DNA from: Neophaeotheca triangularis
Lineage: Eukaryota
Direction of reading: 5' to 3'
NCBI GenBank assembly: GCA_054600435.1
Contig: BAAIJX010000039.1
Span: 186,001 to 217,558 of the forward strand
Length of the DNA: 31,558 nucleotides
A model generated the notes under the pieces. It was given only the letters and a program-made list of their open reading frames with translations, was not told where the DNA came from and did no database searches. Each line of letters starts with the position of its first letter. Position 1 is the stretch's first letter. The translations under genes were made by a program, and so were the position numbers. Below are positions 10,739 to 22,013 of this stretch, piece after piece.

Positions 10739-11101
10739 TACCGCCGGAGGCTCCCGCGGTCCTACGAGGCAAGCACATGGTGATTGGAGCATGACAGCGG
10801 CCATGACGATGCGTGTCGCGGTCGTGAGCAGTGCTTCCGACTGATATTGCTGCTCTAGCAACCTCGACCCAATCGTCTAGGATGAGGATTTGAGCCGGAG
10901 CCAGCGAGCGGTACAGCACATGGCGCGTTATTGGCGTGCTCCTCTTCGTGCGCAGGTACTGGAGTTTGGCAAGCCGCTTGACAGGACGCCCTCAATGTCC
11001 ATATTCTCTATCGTTTCGCCTCGACCGTCTTTTAAACCGTCTTCGCGCTCCCCAAAGGGCAATTGTGGGCCAACGTTGAGCAAGGCTCGCGGGCAACGCG
11101 T

Positions 11102-12310
11102 TCACGCAATTTTCCTTCCAACATTGCCAACGCCCTTGCCCACAATGCTCACAACAATCTCATCCTCTTCATCGCCTTCCCTCAGCCCCCATCCAGCCAT
11201 ACCAAAAGCGCGCAAATCCCTTGCGAGCTGCACCACTTGCTCTGAACCAACGACGTCTTTACCGATAGACAAACGGCCTACGTCTTCACTACCCATTGCC
11301 ATGAGCGTAAGCATGGTAGTCGCACCTACGCCAGAAACACATCCTCCTTGCTGGACAGCTTCCAACAACTGGTACGCGCACTTTTTTCCCACCTCCTCCG
11401 GCGTCTCGCCACCAGTCGGCGGGCTCGCTTCATCAGCTGAATAAAGCACACCCGAGCTCGACTCGGCCACTAAACTGAGCCCAAAGCCCAGCCCTGTCTT
11501 CTTCTTTGCATTGGGGTTGTTCCTCTCGGGAGCCGCAACCAGAGGCGCCGAGCTAACATCGGAGAAAATATACGTATCCGGCACCAGCTCATTCAGCACA
11601 CCTCTTGCCGCCTCAATCAAACGCGCATTATTCGCACCCGCGACACCAGTCGAGTATGCCACGCCCCTCACCCTCTTCACCCTGCCCGCATTCATATAAT
11701 GGATAGTCTTGGGCAAGCGCACTTGATGGCCGAAAACCAACTGCACCTCGCCCCCGCCTCCACGCCCACTGGAGCCGAGATTCGACCTCTTGAGCACGCG
11801 GACCTCGATATTGTTGAAGATGCCAAAGTTATTGAAAAGCGGCAAGATGGCCGTGCGCACGCTATCTACGCTGATGTCGCCGGAAGGCGTTGCGCTGGTC
11901 ACGACACCCGGGCCGGTTAGGAGCACGTTGACCTGGGCTTTGGAGAAGGGCGCGAGCAGGCATAGCGGGAGGAGGAAGTAGCTAACGCCGCGGGAGCACT
12001 CGGCGGGTAGTTCGTGTTTGACGACGCCGCTGGAGGCTCCTAGGCCTGCTGCTGAGCCTGTTACTAGACCCGGGCGGTAGAGGACGGTGGTGCCGGTGTA
12101 GGAGAATTCGATCACAGAGCCGTTCGTTATGCTGTCGAGGAGGCGGAGGAGGGAGACTTCGTGGGGGGCGAGACCGGGAGAGGAGTGTGAGTTTGCTCGT
12201 ATTTGCGATATGCGAATGGGTCGGCCAGTGAGGGTTGCTAGTACCAGTCTTTGGACTAGGTATTTGCTGCCGGTGAACTTCAGCGGCGGAGGGTTAGGGG
12301 CTGTCGCCAT
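11102..12310 (-). CDS. RCL1: RNA 3'-terminal phosphate cyclase-like protein Rcl1 (18S rRNA biogenesis), ~402 aa
   Basis: Intronless; first ATG at 12310. Motifs RLVLATLTG, PGL..HEVSLLRLL..ITNGS..E.SYTGT, LAPFSK, GFGLSLVAE and VGKGVGNVGRKIA match Rcl1. Confidence 0.93.
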   Translation of the reverse strand: MATAPNPPPLKFTGSKYLVQRLVLATLTGRPIRISQIRANSHSSPGLAPHEVSLLRLLDSITNGSVIEFSYTGTTVLYRPGLVTGSAAGLGASSGVVKHELPAECSRGVSYFLLPLCLLAPFSKAQVNVLLTGPGVVTSATPSGDISVDSVRTAILPLFNNFGIFNNIEVRVLKRSNLGSSGRGGGGEVQLVFGHQVRLPKTIHYMNAGRVKRVRGVAYSTGVAGANNARLIEAARGVLNELVPDTYIFSDVSSAPLVAAPERNNPNAKKKTGLGFGLSLVAESSSGVLYSADEASPPTGGETPEEVGKKCAYQLLEAVQQGGCVSGVGATTMLTLMAMGSEDVGRLSIGKDVVGSEQVVQLARDLRAFGMAGWGLREGDEEDEIVVSIVGKGVGNVGRKIA

Positions 12311-12420
12311 ACTGGTCGGATTTGCGGTGTCAACTGTGTAGCTTTTTGTCTTCACGTCACCTCATTATCGTGCACTGTTGGCGGTCTTCAAAGATGTCGA
12401 ACTGTAGAGGGTACAGTAGT

Positions 12421-12436
12421 TAATTTTTTGAGATGG
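12421..12436 (-). promoter_or_regulatory. Possible RRPE/PAC-like ribosome-biogenesis promoter element
   Basis: Minus-strand CCATCTCAAAAAATTA about 110 bp upstream of the RCL1 ATG resembles RRPE (AAAAWTT) next to a degenerate PAC-like GAGATG. The match is imperfect. Confidence 0.3.
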
Positions 12437-13043
12437 TTCGGCTCGGACCTCCGGTGTTCAGCCGCCAGTCTCAACTGTCCCGGGCCCCGAGGCGCAGCTG
12501 TCTCCGCTCCCGCGATGCACGTGGCGACTCAGGGATTATCACAAAGGCCACATTAGGAAAAGTCTGGGAGTCTTTTGTAGACGGACGTGGGCTTCTGCCC
12601 GGCGGGTAGTACGACTGCGCATTGATGCCCTGGACAATGATATCACGGGCAAGCATATCCAGACCTCATCCCTTCCTTTCATCTCCCCACCCTTTCCTTA
12701 TGTGCCTTTCTCACTTGCCTTGCTACCCGTGGACCTCCTACGTCTACGTGTACAAGCTTTCCGTTGGTTGAGCGGTGCTTCATGGGTCTTTCAGAGTGTG
12801 CATCGTCATCGCATTGCTATCTGCAGATTGGGGTATCATAGAATACTGGAGTCGACACAGGACTCTCCCCTCGATGTTGCCTTGTGAAAGCACAGAACGC
12901 CGACGGCCCTACCGAACCATCTCGATTCAGTCTCAACCATTGCTTTTTGCCGCGTTTCTCGGGCCCCCTCATTCATCGCCATGTAATCCAGAGCTCGGAG
13001 CTCCAGCGTGAGTCGAATCAAATGAGGGTAGGTGGTGACTGAT

Positions 13044-13820
13044 TTACCAGCCGCCGCCACCACCGCCCTGCTGTTGGTCGTAGCCGCCTTGCTGGCCCTG
13101 GTAGCCGCCACCCGAGTAGCCACCACCTCCACCGCCCTGACGCCAGTTGCCACCACCACCGTATCCCTGGCCTGTTGTTGTTAGTTTGGTTTTAGAATGA
13201 GGAACAATACGAAAGTAAACTTACCACCACCATATCCGCCGCCGCCGCCGCCGTAGCCACCGCGACCACCACCGTAGCCGCCGCCGCCACCAGAGTAGCC
13301 CCCGCCGCCGGAGTAGCCTCCGCCAGAGTAGCCGCCTTGAGAAACATGAGCATGTGAGAAGAAGTGAAGATGTTCGCTAGGACTTACCACGGCCACCGCC
13401 TCCGCCGCGGCTGCCGCCCTCGGACGCCTTGTCGACGCGAATGGTGCGACCATCGAACCTTTGGGATGTTGAGCAAGGTCATTCAGGTGAGTGGAGTCAA
13501 CGTACTCACTCGACGTTGTTCATGCCCTGGATTGCGGCCTCGGCCTCAGACTCCTGAGCGAAGCGGACGAAACCGAAACCACGCGAGCGACCGGTGTCGC
13601 GATCCTTGACAACAATCTGCGATGACAAGTAAGTTGCGCTGCGCCAGGTGACTGAGTGAGAAGTAAAGACGAACGGCCTCCTCAACCTGACCAAACTCCT
13701 CGAACTTGGCACGAAGGGTGGTGTCGTCGGTGTGCCATGCTAGGCCGCTGTAAAGGCGTGTCAGTGGGAGGATGTGAAGTTGAAGGACGAGTGCGCTTAC
13801 CCGATGAATAGTTTCGACAT
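13044..13820 (-). CDS. Glycine-rich RNA-binding protein (single RRM plus G/Y/RGG-rich tail), 169 aa
   Basis: Six exons: 13820-13801, 13747-13675, 13616-13510, 13458-13388, 13335-13225, 13171-13044 (510 nt, in frame). RNP2 KLFIGGL, RNP1 RGFGFVRF and DGRTIRV are present, followed by GGYSGGG repeats. Confidence 0.93.
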
Positions 13821-13950
13821 GATGACCAGTACTCAAGAGTAATGACTGGATAGGGTGCCGTCTGTTTGAATGAAGGGCTAAGTATTATGTTTGAAGAGCC
13901 CTCACGAGCTATATGTTGTATAGCTGTAGGGGATGTGTCGGGAAGGCAGA

Positions 13951-13995
13951 GGTGAGGTGAGGTGAGGTGAGTGTTGAGGTGTTGAGGTGTTGAGT
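13951..13995. repeat. (GGTGA)4 followed by (GTGTTGAG)3 simple repeats upstream of the glycine-rich RRM gene
   Basis: Directly visible. Confidence 0.85.
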
Positions 13996-16367
13996 TGTTG
14001 TTGTTAGGAAGAAGAGAAAGCTTGCAGCGGGTAGGAAAGGCAAGGCAACAAGCTGGCGCGCGCAGCGACAAAGGCTTCAGGCAACAAGGCGCCGACGCTA
14101 GCAGGGCAAGCACGTGGCCTCGTCTCGCAAGCAAACACCTCACGCTCAGAATAGGGAGTTGGAGGGGGTGCCAGTGAGTGAGGTGAAAGGGTCCGAAGGG
14201 GAAGTAGAGTCTTACCACAATAGTAGTACTTTCAGCAAACACGCAGATTTCAGATGATGCTTCCGGCGCGAGAGATGTTGGACGAAAACCGAAATGGGGA
14301 AAGATGGAGCGCACTCGAACCGCGGACCACGCACTGTTGCACTGACTGACGCCCTGACAGGATGGATGTTGTGGAGGAAAATCGAAATCGAGCAAAAGTC
14401 GAAAGCGGCGGGGCAAAGGGTGATGATATGATGAAGGTCCTCCAATTGCCCCTCCAACACGAGCAGGCGACTTACCTTAGCTTCCTTTCTCCCAGCTGGC
14501 AAAAGGCCGCTAGAAGCAATCTCGATGATGTAGGTATGTATCTCGCTCTGGCAAGCGACACACGGAACCAACAGACTACATGTACGCTACCGACGCGCGA
14601 TCCACTACCGCAAGGCAATTGCCGCACCTCTGCTTGGAATGTGGTGGCCGTACCAACTACCAGCCCGCCGTACGTACAGTACATGTATAGTATGAGGCGT
14701 AGCTGTTGAGTGCCGCCTTCCATTGACCGTGCAAGGATGTCTGCAGTGAGGCAGGAGCGAATAGTAGCGACAGATGACCCCAGCAATGATTGTACAAGTA
14801 CATGTGCAGTACTAATAAGCACGCAAAAGAGGGGACAAATCTATGGACGAGGCGAGAACATCCATATTCCTGTGAGGGTGACGAACGAATCAGAAGCGAA
14901 AGAGGCACTCCTTTTTCTCGCGTGAGCTGAAGATGGCGTCCCGTGGTCAATCCCTGATGCGATATAGTGGGGTCACGACTCGCAATTGGAACCAACAGGG
15001 TAATAATAATATGATAATACTAAGGGACCTTTATGTGTACTACAGTAGCTATGGGGACGGAATGGAAGCTTTCACCCTAGACTGTGGGGCACGATTGGAT
15101 TCTCCTGGCCCAGGGTCGGCCGGGCTCTAGACCGGCATCTATAGCGGTACGCCTCGCACCCGGCTCACCCATCTGATGGATGGTTTCCTCTGATCCCTGC
15201 TAATAAGTTACATCTGATTGAGGTATTCACTACTACTACTAAGGTACTTGCATGTACTTTATTATTCACCGCCTTAGCGTTGAACTTGACGTCGGGTACT
15301 TGCTCGGAGACTGCCGCTAGTATTCCAATCCGTTTGTGACTCGCATTCACACTGTACCTAGACATCAACTTATTCCTCGCGCTGGAGGGTGAGGTGCCTT
15401 CTAATCAGCGACGTCCTGATACCATCGCCTTCTCCCCCGGACTTCCAGGTTGCTGCTCTGGGGTCCTAGACTGACTTCATACATAAAGTTATCAAAGTTA
15501 TCACCACTGGCTTGAGCCTCGGGAATTAATGGGATGTTGTTGAAAGCGGCAAGCCGGAAAGCTGCAGGTGCTGTGCCACAGCGCCAACTTCAGCTTGACA
15601 CCTGGGCATTATTTAGCAGCAAGTAGTAGGTACCTTCTGTAACTATGCTGACCGGCGATAGACCTGCACTGGTTTCCGTCCATGTAGTGTAGAGAAAATC
15701 AACAAGGCGGAACAGCGTCGCCTCCCGTCCGACGGGACCATGTTGCTATTTGAACTCGAAGAGGCTTTCACTGCACTCATTCTCGAGGCGGGATATACCC
15801 TGCTCTGCTACTGCATGGCCGTCAGTCTCAATGCGGGTAGGTGCTCGGCTGTGGCAAGAGATTTTAACTCAGCCTTGCCAGTAGAGCAACAACATGGAAA
15901 CGGGACGGCAGTGGGCAAACACAGGTCCATTTGCACGTGAGATCGAGCATACCTGGTGCCCATTGGCTACAAGAGAGGTGATTGTACCTGTCAGTCACGA
16001 ATGGCCCATGATGTTTTGAGTGAGTGCAGTACACATTAGATACAAGTACCCGACATTACTTAATGTACGTACTACTCGTGACCATCAGTCACCTGGGCAT
16101 GGAGATGTCAGTACGCGTGATTAACAGTAAGAGCAAGGGGACTCCAGGGTGAGGTAAAGTATGTGTTGGAGAGACTGGAGGTGAGGAAGGCGCAAGCCAG
16201 CTTGACTGTCGTTATTGCCTTCGATCATCCAAACTTGCGCTCGATTTCCGACGCATCATTTCTCAAGAAGACAAACTCCATTCGCACCCTCAACACTCAG
16301 GACGAACCGGTAAAGCTGCTCGCTTCGTTCTGCCTCATTGGCCAGCCCCTTGCCTTTGGCAGACGCC

Positions 16368-18645
16368 ATGGATGTACACTCGTGGCTCCTACAAACCGCA
16401 GATCGTGCGCCACCAGACGGTTCTGACCGGGACTTGGGCATTCCCGCGTTCCTCACCCACCCCAACAGCAACGCAGGTAGACCGACGGCGCCCAAGTACC
16501 ACGACCAAAGGAAAATCGAGTCCACCGATAGCTCCATTGTCGCACCAAGACTCACAGGTCGTTCCCAACGGCGTGATAGGCATGTGCCTTTGACACGAGA
16601 CCGAGTCGGAACGGCAAAAAGAAGTCCCGCCAACCCTAGACGCATTGGAAGCTCCAGCAAAGATTCGGGGACATCCGAATCCGTGGAGGAGGAGGCAGCT
16701 GTAGCTACGAAAACTTATGAGCGACGTGCGCGACACAAAACGAAGGCAGACCGCTATCAGCCCAAAGCCAAGAAGCGGAAGTTGGTCCAGAGCGAGCAGA
16801 AAGGGGAGGAGCCTCGAGCCAAACGGCGCAAGGCACGTCACAATGGTGGGCGCACTGCAGAACTGGTGCAGAAGTTCACGCTGAAGAATGGGCCATGCAA
16901 AGATAGGCGCTTGACTGTGAGTGTTCTTGATAGTGTTTCGAGATGAAATCCTGCTGTGCAACCACTGATCGTCCCTGCAGCTCAAGGCTGACGAGGCTAA
17001 AGGTGGGCTCTTCAAGCATGGCCGGTCGTCGGAGCAGGTCGCAGGTCGTGGAACCGGATGTACGTAAGCGACTGGTTGACTTTTGTAGGGCAAGCTAACG
17101 CAGATGACAGTGCCCGATCTCGTGTTCAATGAGATGCGATTCCTGCAACGTCCGCAAGAGCACCAAGACGAGAAAGCTCAGGAGTCCGAGACGAAGCCCT
17201 TACGCAAGAGAGACCGCAAGCGCGAACTGCAGGAGGAGATATCAGCTTATTTCGTCGACAGAAAGACGAATGACCGGAGAGCACCGGCAGACACCCCTGA
17301 AGATACTAGACATGCGCAACTTCCGGGTAAGGGCCACCAAGAGCATGAGGGATCGCGATCGAAACTATCTCGCGCCATTCCCGATCCGCAGCACTTTCAT
17401 CCAAAGCTCCCAGAAAAGGCGTTCCTCGCCTTCGGTAACCGTGGCATGCGTCCTTCCAGTAGATGCAGCAGGAGTGCAACACCTTATTCTTGGTCTGATT
17501 CTCGACCGCGACCATCGTCAGTCCTGCAGGAACCACGGCCATGGAGTCTTCAGCAGCCGCCCCTCGAGTCGTTAGGGCAGCGGCTATGCCACAACGCCAC
17601 CAAGCACAGACGGAGCGATGAGCGACGTCGCGATTCTCCAAATGGGTTTGAGGCCGAGCAACATCGTGTCACGGCCCATGATGGCGAAAAGCGAGTTGAG
17701 GATGTGCCATCCTCTGTTCCTACTTACGAGCAGAGCAAGCGAACGAAGTACGCCCTATCTAGAGCCCAAGCTTCGGGAAAGAGCACAATGCACCAGCCTA
17801 TTGAGAACGCAAGCATCGACAGAAGCACTTCAAAACGCAGATGTCCCGACGATCGGGACAAAGATCGCTCGTCGCAGCATAGCGCTCGCACTTCCGATAT
17901 ACTGCGAGTGCATCCCACGAACAATGCGCTTACTGACCATGAGAGGCAAGCGCTGCTAGACACTATGCCCGACCCAGAGCATCCGGAGCCCAATGTAGCT
18001 TCGTCGTCACCGACGGCAAAATTGCTGCGACAGGCTGAAGCTGCAGTCCGGAGACAGACGGTGTCGATAGAACCCAGGACTGTACCTCAAATACTTTTTG
18101 CAGAGGAATTTGTAGACTATATGCGTGGGCCTTACTATGCTGATCCACGAGCGCCGCCATTTGTTGGTGATCCTGATGACACGATGATATCACCGCAGAA
18201 AATGCACGGTCTACCCTCGCGCTCTCTTCGACCCCCTGCTTTCGGAGGACAGAGCCATCAGCATCAACCAAGCTTCCCGCCGCCCAGCAGGCCCTTGCGA
18301 TTAGAATCCTGGCAAGTCCCTCGTGAGGATACGCTGCGAGCTGAAATAAGGACAGATGAAGATGTGCTGGACGATGGAGACAACGAGCAGAATTTTGCAG
18401 TACATGAACATGTCCCCATCAGCCTATGTGATGGGAGCAACCTCGTTTCCAGCAGCAAATTGACAGCGGCATCACTCCACGTCAGCACCGAAGCTGAATT
18501 TTTTGCTGAGTCTGCTCGTGGGTTCACACCCTCGAGAGCGGGAACAAGGGCGTTTATACGTGGGGGAAACGCTTCGCCATCTCAAGGCGACGGGAGAACA
18601 GCAGACAAGCTGGTCGGTTTCTGGAAGCCTCATCGGCTGTATTGA
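16368..18645 (+). CDS. Uncharacterised, largely low-complexity fungal protein, ~720 aa
   Basis: Exons 16368-16916, 16981-17059 and 17111-18645 with canonical introns (GTGAGT..CTGAT..CAG; GTACGT..CTAAC..CAG) join in frame. It has a basic NLS-like stretch (KAKKRK, KRRKAR), a GLF..GR..GLPDLVFNEMRFL motif and a C-terminal FWKPHRLY. Confidence 0.8.
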
Positions 18646-18966
18646 TAGGTTTGATGCGGAAGGGAATACTCCGTACACGCACGAACAAAGCGTTGTGTCT
18701 CAGATAGCATGCATTAAAGACGTCTTGATTGCGATTTTAGCAGACTGTCGCAGCTCTGTTACCGTCGTCCGCCACAACCAGCATATATAAGAAGTAGGCG
18801 TGATATCGTGAAGCCCTTGATGAGGTTGGACGAAAGGAGCTGGGGCACTGCTCCGCACCCTGCACCCACCACCCATTAAGCTCTACCACTTCCGAGGTAA
18901 CGGTGTCGGCAGAGAGGACGTTTCTTCCATCAAGAGCGGCGAAGCATCAGCCCAAAGCCATACGGA

Positions 18967-20383
18967 ATGTATATGCTATCCTCACGCCTCCATCCCGCTG
19001 TACATCAATCGCTCCGCTCCGCCGCCGCCGCCAGCAGCAGTCGCAAACCAAGCAAGCTTGAGCCATCATCGCACGTGAGCCTCCTGAAAGCTCACTTGAG
19101 CACATCCTCAGGCAGAAACAGCAGGAGCGCCCCTCATCCGCATCGCGCAATCGGCCTTTCTCTGGACCCTGGTCCAAGGAGCCCCACCAACGTCGTCAAC
19201 GTGCCTTCCGCCAAAATTCCAACAAACGCCAGAGCGGCGCAGATCTCCTCCCACCTTTCCTCCTCCTCCACCGCTCCATCCTCATTACCACCACCCCATC
19301 ACCAACACACGAGATCAACGAGCACCATGTCCCAACAGACACTCCCCACCCGCGGCGGCTTCGACCCCAAGGCCTCCTCCAACTTCACTGCCCGCAAAGT
19401 CGGCGCCCCGCACACCCTCGACTACCGCGTCTACATCGAGAAGGATGGTCAGCCCGTCAGCCCATTCCACGACATCCCCCTCTACGCCAACGAGCAGCAG
19501 ACCGTCCTGAACATGGTTGTTGAGATCCCCCGCTGGACCAACGCCAAGCAGGAGGTACGTGAAACACACAGGCGCATTGGCCATTGGGTCTCTTAAGTGA
19601 GGTGTAGCAACTAACGGCATACCCTCCCGTCAGATCTCCAAGGAAGAGGCCCTCAACCCCATCAAGCAAGACACTAAGAAGGGCAAGCTACGCTTCGTTC
19701 GCAACTGCTTCCCCCACAAGGGCTACTTGTGGAACTACGGCTGCTTCCCCCAGACTTGGGAGGACCCCAACGTCACCCACCCCGAGACCAAGCAGAAGGG
19801 TGACAACGACCCGCTCGATGTCTGCGAGATCGGCGAGCTGGTTGCCAAGCCTGGTGAGGTCAAGCAGGTCAAGGTCCTCGGTGTCATGGCGCTGCTCGAC
19901 GAGGGCGAGACGGACTGGAAGATCATGGTCATCGACGTCAACGACCCGCTGGCTCCCCGCCTCAACGATATTGAAGATGTCGAGAGGCACCTTCCCGGTC
20001 TCCTGAGGGCGACCAACGAGTGGTTCCGCATCTACAAAATCCCTGACGGCAAGCCCGAGAACCAGTTCGCTTTCTCCGGCGAGTGCAAGAACAGGAAGTA
20101 CGCCATGGAGGTTGTTAGGGAGTGCGCTGAGGCCTGGGAGAAGCTCATCACCGGCAAGACGCCAAAGGGTGACATCAACCTGTGAGTACTCACAACGCTT
20201 CAAAACTACAACAACCGGCACTTTGCTAATCTATTCATAACCAGCACCAACGTCTCCGTCCCCCACAGCAACGACCGCACCGACACCTCGAAGCTCAGCA
20301 TTCCCCAGGGCGACGACAAGGCCCCAACTCCGATCGACCCAAGCATCGACAAGTGGTTCTACATCTCGGGTGCCTCTGCGTAA
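18967..20383 (+). CDS. IPP1: Family I inorganic pyrophosphatase; long form ~424 aa from ATG 18967, short form ~304 aa from ATG 19327
   Basis: Exons 18967/19327-19554, 19634-20181 and 20245-20383. Motifs [53 protein letters not shown] and C-terminal IDKWFYIS. Confidence 0.95.
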
Positions 20384-21315
20384 GCTATGAGTCACGAGCT
20401 CATTCGACGCTGCATTCGACGTACCGGAATTTGATCAAAGACAAATCAAACTAACCGCGCGTTTCTCTTATAGTCGTGCGGAAGCACAGCAGCAGGCCTC
20501 TCCTTAGTTGTTGTCTATGAACTTGACTGAAAAAGCTAGTGGATGCGTGCGTGGGGATAAAAAAGCCTAGGCACTTAGGATTGCGGTTTGTTTTCTGACC
20601 CTTGGTTGGGTTTAGATACATACATAGCGACGTACAAAACGAGCATTTGCATGATCGCATTCGATTTCTTATTAACTGCCAGCGGAGACACTTCTCGTGG
20701 GCGTCTCTGGCTTCTATCATACATCTAGCAATGATGCTGACGGAATGCACATTGCATAGCCACATGTAGCAAGACGTGTCGTATGCTTCGACTATGCTGC
20801 TTCGAAGATTGACAGCGGGCAGACAAAAGGTTCCCAACTGTTTCAGTCATCCTAAGACCTACATCTTCATTGGACAGCCTCCAAATGTAGTGGGCCAATG
20901 GAGTTCCTAAGAAGTTACTCGGGCACTGATAAGAAGGGGAATCGCGGATAGGTTCTCCGGTATAAGGTAGCCCCGGCGTATCTTACACTTCATATCAAAA
21001 CATGCAGCCCGCCGTGTCGCGGCTTTTCCACCCCCTCAGCGACAATGGTCGGGAGTGTGCTCGTCCTCTTTCTCCTAAAGCAGTAAAGCTCGATCTTGTT
21101 TGGCGCCTAGATCGTCGTTCGCAAGAGCCCTCGGCTCCATCCTGTATCCCTAATTCATACCCCTGGCCAAGCACAACATCTCTACCATGCCAGCAAAACT
21201 TCCCATGCCAGGCGTAAAAGGCTTCGCCTTCAATCTCAAACACCTCAGCCTTCGGCTCAACCAAAATAGTGCTCAACCAGCTCGAGCCCAATCTAGTCCC
21301 TTCCAACCAAACCAC

Positions 21316-21722
21316 TCAATTCCCCTTCAACTCCTCCTGCCGACTCAGCGTCCTCGAATGCCGATCCACCTCCGCCTGAATCTCCTTGATCTTCATCTTC
21401 TCCAAATCCAACTCCATCTCCTTGCCGTCCTCTGCCGTTCGCCCCCACGTCAGCACTCCGTTCTCCAAAACCCCCATTCCCGCCGTCCTGCCATCCGCGC
21501 TTTGGACCTCCCGCGCTAGGGAACTGGGGACTCACTGAATTTCAAGCCCAGCGTCGCGGGCGCCGCGGCTTGCGCTTGGTTCAGCAACTTGACGTTGATG
21601 ACCATGCCGTTTGCTCTTGCGTTGGGCGGGAGGAGGGCGAGGAAATTCCGGGCCGTTTTGCCTGAGCGTGGGTTGAAGGGTGAGAAGGCCGTTTTTACGT
21701 TTGTGATGTAGCGGGTGAGCAT
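21316..21722 (-). CDS. MRPL44: Mitochondrial large-subunit ribosomal protein mL53 (MrpL44), 100 aa
   Basis: Exons 21722-21536 and 21431-21316 give MLTRYITNVKTAFSPF...TARNFLALLP...LKFKDGKEMELD...VDRHSRTLSRQEELKGN, the pattern of fungal MrpL44. Confidence 0.9.
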
Positions 21723-22013
21723 TTTGGACGGTTGTTCGCGGGCGGTTGGGCTGGGTTGGAGGGTGTGGGGGGTTCGCTATCGCATTGTTTGCCTGGCTGG
21801 CGACAGGCGGGTTTGGTGGACGGACATGTGAAGTTGATGCTGTGAGTGGGGAGATTGTTCGGGTGGGTCTCGGGGATAGCGCTGCTTACTTAGCAGGCGA
21901 TAAGGCGATAAGGATTGTTTGAGATGGTTGCTGTGCTTTGCGCTGCGACTTTGCATGTTGCTTCTAATGCGATTTCGCCATTTGGCACTTTTGACGAGCA
22001 TTTCGAAGACAAC

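Noticed and set aside
12311..12355. ORF-track upstream start for RCL1 (and non-ATG starts at 3589, 3866, 16338 and 22172)
   Set aside because: These are GTG/TTG starts from a prokaryote-style caller; spliced ATG-initiated models fit better.
15270..15310. GAACTTGA as part of a fungal TPP riboswitch
   Set aside because: The CTGAGA and TAATACCAGCG elements are absent and no thiamine gene is adjacent.
20375..20434. Cryptic PTS1 for IPP1 through readthrough or an alternative frame
   Set aside because: The stop is TAA GCT, not the TGA CTA readthrough context; readthrough would end in TGI and the shifted frame in RKL, neither a canonical PTS1.
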